This document shows, piece after piece, positions 31,301-34,361 of a DNA stretch of 34,361 nucleotides (the stretch's first letter is position 1; each line of letters starts with the position of its first letter). The position numbers and the translations under genes were made by a program. The notes below the pieces were generated by a model. It was given only the letters and a program-made list of their open reading frames with translations. It did not search any database and was not told the DNA's origin. The DNA is from Perkinsus chesapeaki ATCC PRA-425 (Eukaryota; Protista; Perkinsozoa). The DNA is taken from contig JAAPAO010000382.1 of the NCBI GenBank assembly GCA_013115145.1, forward strand, positions 1 to 34,361, read 5' to 3'.

Positions 31301-33955
31301 AGACTCCAACGTCATAGCATAGTCCCAGTTGTTCTTATGGCCTTCTTCTAGTGCATCAGGCAAAGGCTTCATCATCAAAGCGTTATCAGGGCAAGCATTT
31401 ACACATACCTCACAGCCAGTGCAATCCAATGGGGAAGCTTGGATACGGAATGCCAGACCAGATACCTGGTTACCACCAGTGGCAGGTTTGGTCAAGAACG
31501 TCTCTGGGGTATCTTCAGAGGCTAACTCTTGAGGGGAGGCCAGGAATGGTCTGATTACACCATGGGGGCATATAGCTGAGCATTTGTTGCATTGAGTACA
31601 CTTATCCATATCCACCACAGGAATAGCCTGGGCTACACCACGCTTACCCCACTGTGTCATACCAAGTTGCACTGTACCACCTGGTTGAAAGGCTGATACC
31701 GTCAAGGAGTCACCAAGACGTGTATGAATCTTATCCAATACATCACGAACAAAGGCCGGCTCCTCGCCTGTTCGAGGCTTGCTCTGATCCAAACGTTGGC
31801 ATTTCATCCATGAGCTATGAGGAACTTCAATCTTATGAAGATTATCAATAGCATATCCAACAGCTAAGATATTCTTCCTAACAATATCAGCTCCCTTGTT
31901 CTTATAGGTCTTCTCTATGGCTGCTTCAAACAGCGGTAAAGCTTGCTCGTAAGGCAAAACGCCAGATAGACGGAAGAACACCGCTTGCATAATGTTGTTA
32001 ATAAGCCTACCCATACCAGACTCCTTAGCAACTAATGATGCATTTATAACGAACAGCTTCAGCCGCTTTTCGGCAACCATAAGCTTGAACTTTGGTGGAA
32101 GTTGTTCGTCAAGGTCTTCAATAGTAATCCATGGAGCATTAAGGACTAGAATGCTTTCTGGTTTACAAGCACCGAGCAAAAGGGTGGCATCAAAAGCATT
32201 AACATACTCCTTCTTATGAATGGCAACATACTCACAACCACTGGCTATCTCATAAGGAGAATCTATGGGCTTAGGACCAAATCTTAGATGTGACACTGTA
32301 ACACCACCAGCCTTCAATGCATCGTATGCAAAGAAGCCTTGAGCGTAGAGGTCAGTGTTGTCGGCAATAATCTTAATAGCATTCTTATTAGCACCCACAG
32401 TGCCATCCGAGCCAAATCCCCAGAACATACACTGAGTGGTGGCAGGATTCGACACATTAATCTCATCAGTAACAGGCAAGGATATGTTATTAACGTCATC
32501 ATCAATTCCAACGGTAAAGGGCGACTTGGGAACGCGGGCGTCAACTAGATTCCTGACAGCTGCCAATACTTGACCAGGAGTAAAATTCTTGGACGCCAAA
32601 CCAAATCGGCCACCAATAACCTGAAAGAATGAATAAGGTGAAGACAAACCAGCAGACCAACTCACCAGAATATCCGGGCGTTTGGACTTCTGAATGCTCG
32701 CGCACACATCCACATAGAGAGGCTCGCCGATAGCACCGGCTTCCTTACAATGGTCCAACACACATATGCGTTGTACAGTGGCAGGCAGAGCATTCAAGAA
32801 ATGGGGGACAGACCAGGGTCTCAACAGCCTTACTCGGACCAATCCTAGCTTGTAACGAGGATAACGCTTCTCGAGATAGGTAATGGTCTCGGCAACGGTA
32901 GAAGATCCGGCTCCCATAGCCACAAAGACATGGGTAGCATTCGGATCACCTTCATAGTCGAACAGATGATACTCCCGACCAGTAAGGGCCTTTATCATAT
33001 CCAAGGCACCAGCCAAATGCTCCGGAACAGCATCATAATAAGGGTTAGCAGCCTCTACGTTTTGGAAGTAGATATCAGGCGACTGTGCTGTTCCGCGCAA
33101 AGTGGGATGGTTAGGGTTGAGGGCCCGAGAACGATGCTTGTCGATCTCCTTAGACATTATCTGTGCTACCAGCTTCATCTGCTCAGCCGTGAGGTCGTTG
33201 ATCTTCTGAATCTCATGGGACGTTCTAAAACCGTCGAAAAAGTGAATGAAAGGCACCGATGACTTCAATGTCGCAATATGTGCAGCTAGGGCCATATCCA
33301 TGCACTCTTGAACCGAGTTAGCACATAACAGTGCCCAACCAGTCTGGCGCACGGCCATGATGTCCGAATGGTCACCAAAAATTGACAGTGCTTGACCAGC
33401 AATGGCTCGAGCTGGGACGTGAAAGACACATGGGATAAGCTCCCCTGCTATTTTGTAGAGGTTAGGAATCATAAGGAGGAGACCTTGTGATGCTGTAAAG
33501 GTGGAAGACATACCACCTACTGCTAAAGATCCATGTACAGCACCTGCTGCACCTCCTTCACTTTGCATCTGTCTAACAACTGTACACTGACCGAAAGCAT
33601 TCTTAACTCCAGAGGCAGACCATTGATCACAGTTCTCACCAAGAGGGGTTGATGGTGTTATAGGATAAATGAATGCCGAATCAGATAGATGGTAAGCAAC
33701 GAATGATGCTGCGCTGGCACCATCATAGGGCTTCATACCAGTATTGCGAGCAGCTTCCAGCCTGGCTAGAATCTTCGGATCTTCCTGAGAGGCCCGCTGG
33801 ACAGGTGGGCCCAGCTTTTCGCCACCTGCCTTGGGTTTACTGGTAACAAAAGCATAGGTCAGTGCACTGACAGCGGCCAAGGCGGCGGCACCACCAGCGA
33901 GAGCCAAGGGAGTAAGAACGGGAACCCCTTGGTCCTCGGAGTCCTTAGAGGGCAT
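28352..33955 (-). CDS. PNO: Pyruvate:NADP+ oxidoreductase (PFO fused to a cytochrome P450 reductase-like flavodoxin/FAD/NADPH module)
   Basis: PFO motifs YPITPS and MQSEGGAAGAVHG; two ferredoxin motifs (CTQCNKCSAICP, CTGCEVCVNACP); GACEGCGE, GGDGWA..DIG and APCI; flavodoxin FYGSDTGTTE and FGMGDSSYEKFC; FNR motifs PRLYSI, GTGIAPMR and FYGCR. A single 45-nt in-frame intron (32621-32665) restores ILVIGGRFGLASK. Confidence 0.97.
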   Translation of the reverse strand: MPSKDSEDQGVPVLTPLALAGGAAALAAVSALTYAFVTSKPKAGGEKLGPPVQRASQEDPKILARLEAARNTGMKPYDGASAASFVAYHLSDSAFIYPITPSTPLGENCDQWSASGVKNAFGQCTVVRQMQSEGGAAGAVHGSLAVGGMSSTFTASQGLLLMIPNLYKIAGELIPCVFHVPARAIAGQALSIFGDHSDIMAVRQTGWALLCANSVQECMDMALAAHIATLKSSVPFIHFFDGFRTSHEIQKINDLTAEQMKLVAQIMSKEIDKHRSRALNPNHPTLRGTAQSPDIYFQNVEAANPYYDAVPEHLAGALDMIKALTGREYHLFDYEGDPNATHVFVAMGAGSSTVAETITYLEKRYPRYKLGLVRVRLLRPWSVPHFLNALPATVQRICVLDHCKEAGAIGEPLYVDVCASIQKSKRPDILVSWSAGLSSPYSFFQVIGGRFGLASKNFTPGQVLAAVRNLVDARVPKSPFTVGIDDDVNNISLPVTDEINVSNPATTQCMFWGFGSDGTVGANKNAIKIIADNTDLYAQGFFAYDALKAGGVTVSHLRFGPKPIDSPYEIASGCEYVAIHKKEYVNAFDATLLLGACKPESILVLNAPWITIEDLDEQLPPKFKLMVAEKRLKLFVINASLVAKESGMGRLINNIMQAVFFRLSGVLPYEQALPLFEAAIEKTYKNKGADIVRKNILAVGYAIDNLHKIEVPHSSWMKCQRLDQSKPRTGEEPAFVRDVLDKIHTRLGDSLTVSAFQPGGTVQLGMTQWGKRGVAQAIPVVDMDKCTQCNKCSAICPHGVIRPFLASPQELASEDTPETFLTKPATGGNQVSGLAFRIQASPLDCTGCEVCVNACPDNALMMKPLPDALEEGHKNNWDYAMTLESRGDRFDAHTLKGSQFQQPLLEFSGACEGCGETPYAKLLTQMFGKRMVIANATGCSSIWGATAGWIPYTVDKKTGKGPAWGNSLFEDNAEYGMGMAVTMNHRRQQLRLRVEEALSDETAVTGELRLMLQQWLDNADHPEASSQYGERAIETMKGMRVLPHCLEECKRLSDLFVKTSMWMLGGDGWANDIGYGGIDHVLALGENVNIVVLDTEVYSNTGGQGSKATPMGAVAKFMQNGRALQKKDLGQLAMAYPNVYVASCSMGANYSQTVRAFHEAEKHPGPSLVLCYAPCIEHRTKTGLTRMSEDQKAAVESGYYPLYRYDPSLARSGKNPFQLDCKNIKPEVLVQFLKNQNRYEQLVRRMPQHAEELQTELKHYVEQRHKKLKEIAAEKVHSADTLTSGLSAGVRIFYGSDTGTTEQLAKRLSGILKRRGVSVNACTGMDELALEDATQSEDLIILMTSTCGDGDMPSAAEALWEQMAAIHEKKVLGGRFCMFGMGDSSYEKFCEAAVKIDNRMAELGVTRVIDIAKGDDRAEDGWATAFDQWLPRLCEEVGAKSEDEEEYEALFEVTTLPLSATEKKLPYQRIVPPGSHAVPVVDNRRMTPVQYERDIRHIVLDVSKEDLPFRLGDAITLYPQNLKEDVDKLFDETITQLDRNDVVSVKCLSDDVPARLRSAFTARMPTRQIFTELLDIFGKPARSFYKQLARISSDEAESKKLVGIANDDGKFKALLGKSVSYADILKMFPKSTKSMTLVNFLETIPLLKPRLYSIANSSFYSPGIVELTVVINRWTNSDGKLITGASTKYLGFSNDTEVCVSVASGTFVFPEDERTPMVMAALGTGIAPMRAFVQDRMYKRKVLGMDTGPMIVFYGCRHEKEEFLYREEWKQFMEAGVLTKVINAFSHDQDHMIFVQHKMAENPELLYKYIHKLGGYFFFCGPSIAVPDVEAAVKSSVGKVGKMTDEQVEKWFEDDIKGNKRYSTEAY

Positions 33956-34361
33956 TAATAAAATGTCCGAAACTACAAAGATAGAATAGCCTGATGATAT
34001 GCAGCTATTGCATAGATAACTGAACGTACAAACAACTAAATGTTATGAACTAACGATTCATGTGCAAAATTGAGATGATCGGCTGGCCGCAAGAAACCTG
34101 AAGCTGGCTGAGTCTAGGAGCACCTTGTTAAGTTCAGTTAGTCATGCTTTACTGTAGTGTACCAAAAGTGTTGCGCTTAACTTTTAACACTTAACCCTTA
34201 ATTTACCCGAAGAAAGAACCGAAGATTTCAATCATATGCTGTCCCGCACGCGTGAGCAGTGCCGGGCTAGCGCGCACACAACTTATTGATGTAAGCGGAA
34301 CTCGTGAAGCGCTTCGCTCCGCTGAGTCCGACTTATATTCTTTGTGCCAGCTTGTCCCATT
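33956..34361 (-). promoter_or_regulatory. PNO upstream region with a polypyrimidine-AG acceptor (33973-33974) and CGCG-rich words
   Basis: On the minus strand, ctattctatctttgtag lies 17 nt before the ATG. cgcacgcg (34245) and cgcgcac (34271) resemble the words at 7087. Confidence 0.35.

Noticed and set aside
28337-33262. Many plus-strand ORFs antisense to PNO, the ABCB genes and the GTPase tail
   Set aside because: These are shadow ORFs of long coding strands with no motifs of their own.
1-34361. Spliced-leader RNA gene or SL relics, tRNA/rRNA genes, transposase/RT/integrase or viral genes
   Set aside because: Scanning by eye found only short partial matches to the perkinsid SL (e.g. gccatctt near 7218). 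I found no cloverleaf, rRNA-like block or mobile-element motifs. A covariance-model search would be needed to exclude small ncRNAs.

Overview
This is a gene-dense eukaryotic window with many short (~38-56 nt) GT-AG introns and short intergenic spacers. That architecture and the gene content fit an alveolate of the Perkinsus type; this is an inference and cannot be proven from the window. Manual splicing gives 11 protein-coding genes in three co-directional blocks. Minus block: two paralogous, probably secreted coiled-coil polyproteins. Plus block: PEX19, a DUF179/AlgH-like protein with a LYR-like N-terminus, NAP1 and a helical-repeat RAP protein. Second minus block: a 67-aa three-exon gene missed by the ORF track, an EngB/YsxC GTPase with a very long tail, two tandem ABCB/P-glycoproteins, a Borealin-N-like protein and pyruvate:NADP+ oxidoreductase (PNO). 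The strongest candidate for an undescribed system is the tandem gene pair at 154-6420. Its proteins are helical modules separated by 15 S-Phi-X-[E/Q] motifs held at homologous positions. These resemble the apicomplexan ASP3/plasmepsin IX-X maturation sites and suggest a rhoptry/extrusome polyprotein that is cut into subunits. One copy also carries two violaxanthin-de-epoxidase-like Cys-rich domains. Other highlights are a 248-bp identical AT-rich tract shared by two otherwise diverged ABCB paralogs, an N-terminal membrane anchor on PNO, and a RAP / bL36-like / EngB neighbourhood. I saw no tRNA, rRNA, CRISPR or mobile element. All gene models were spliced by eye, with no database search.
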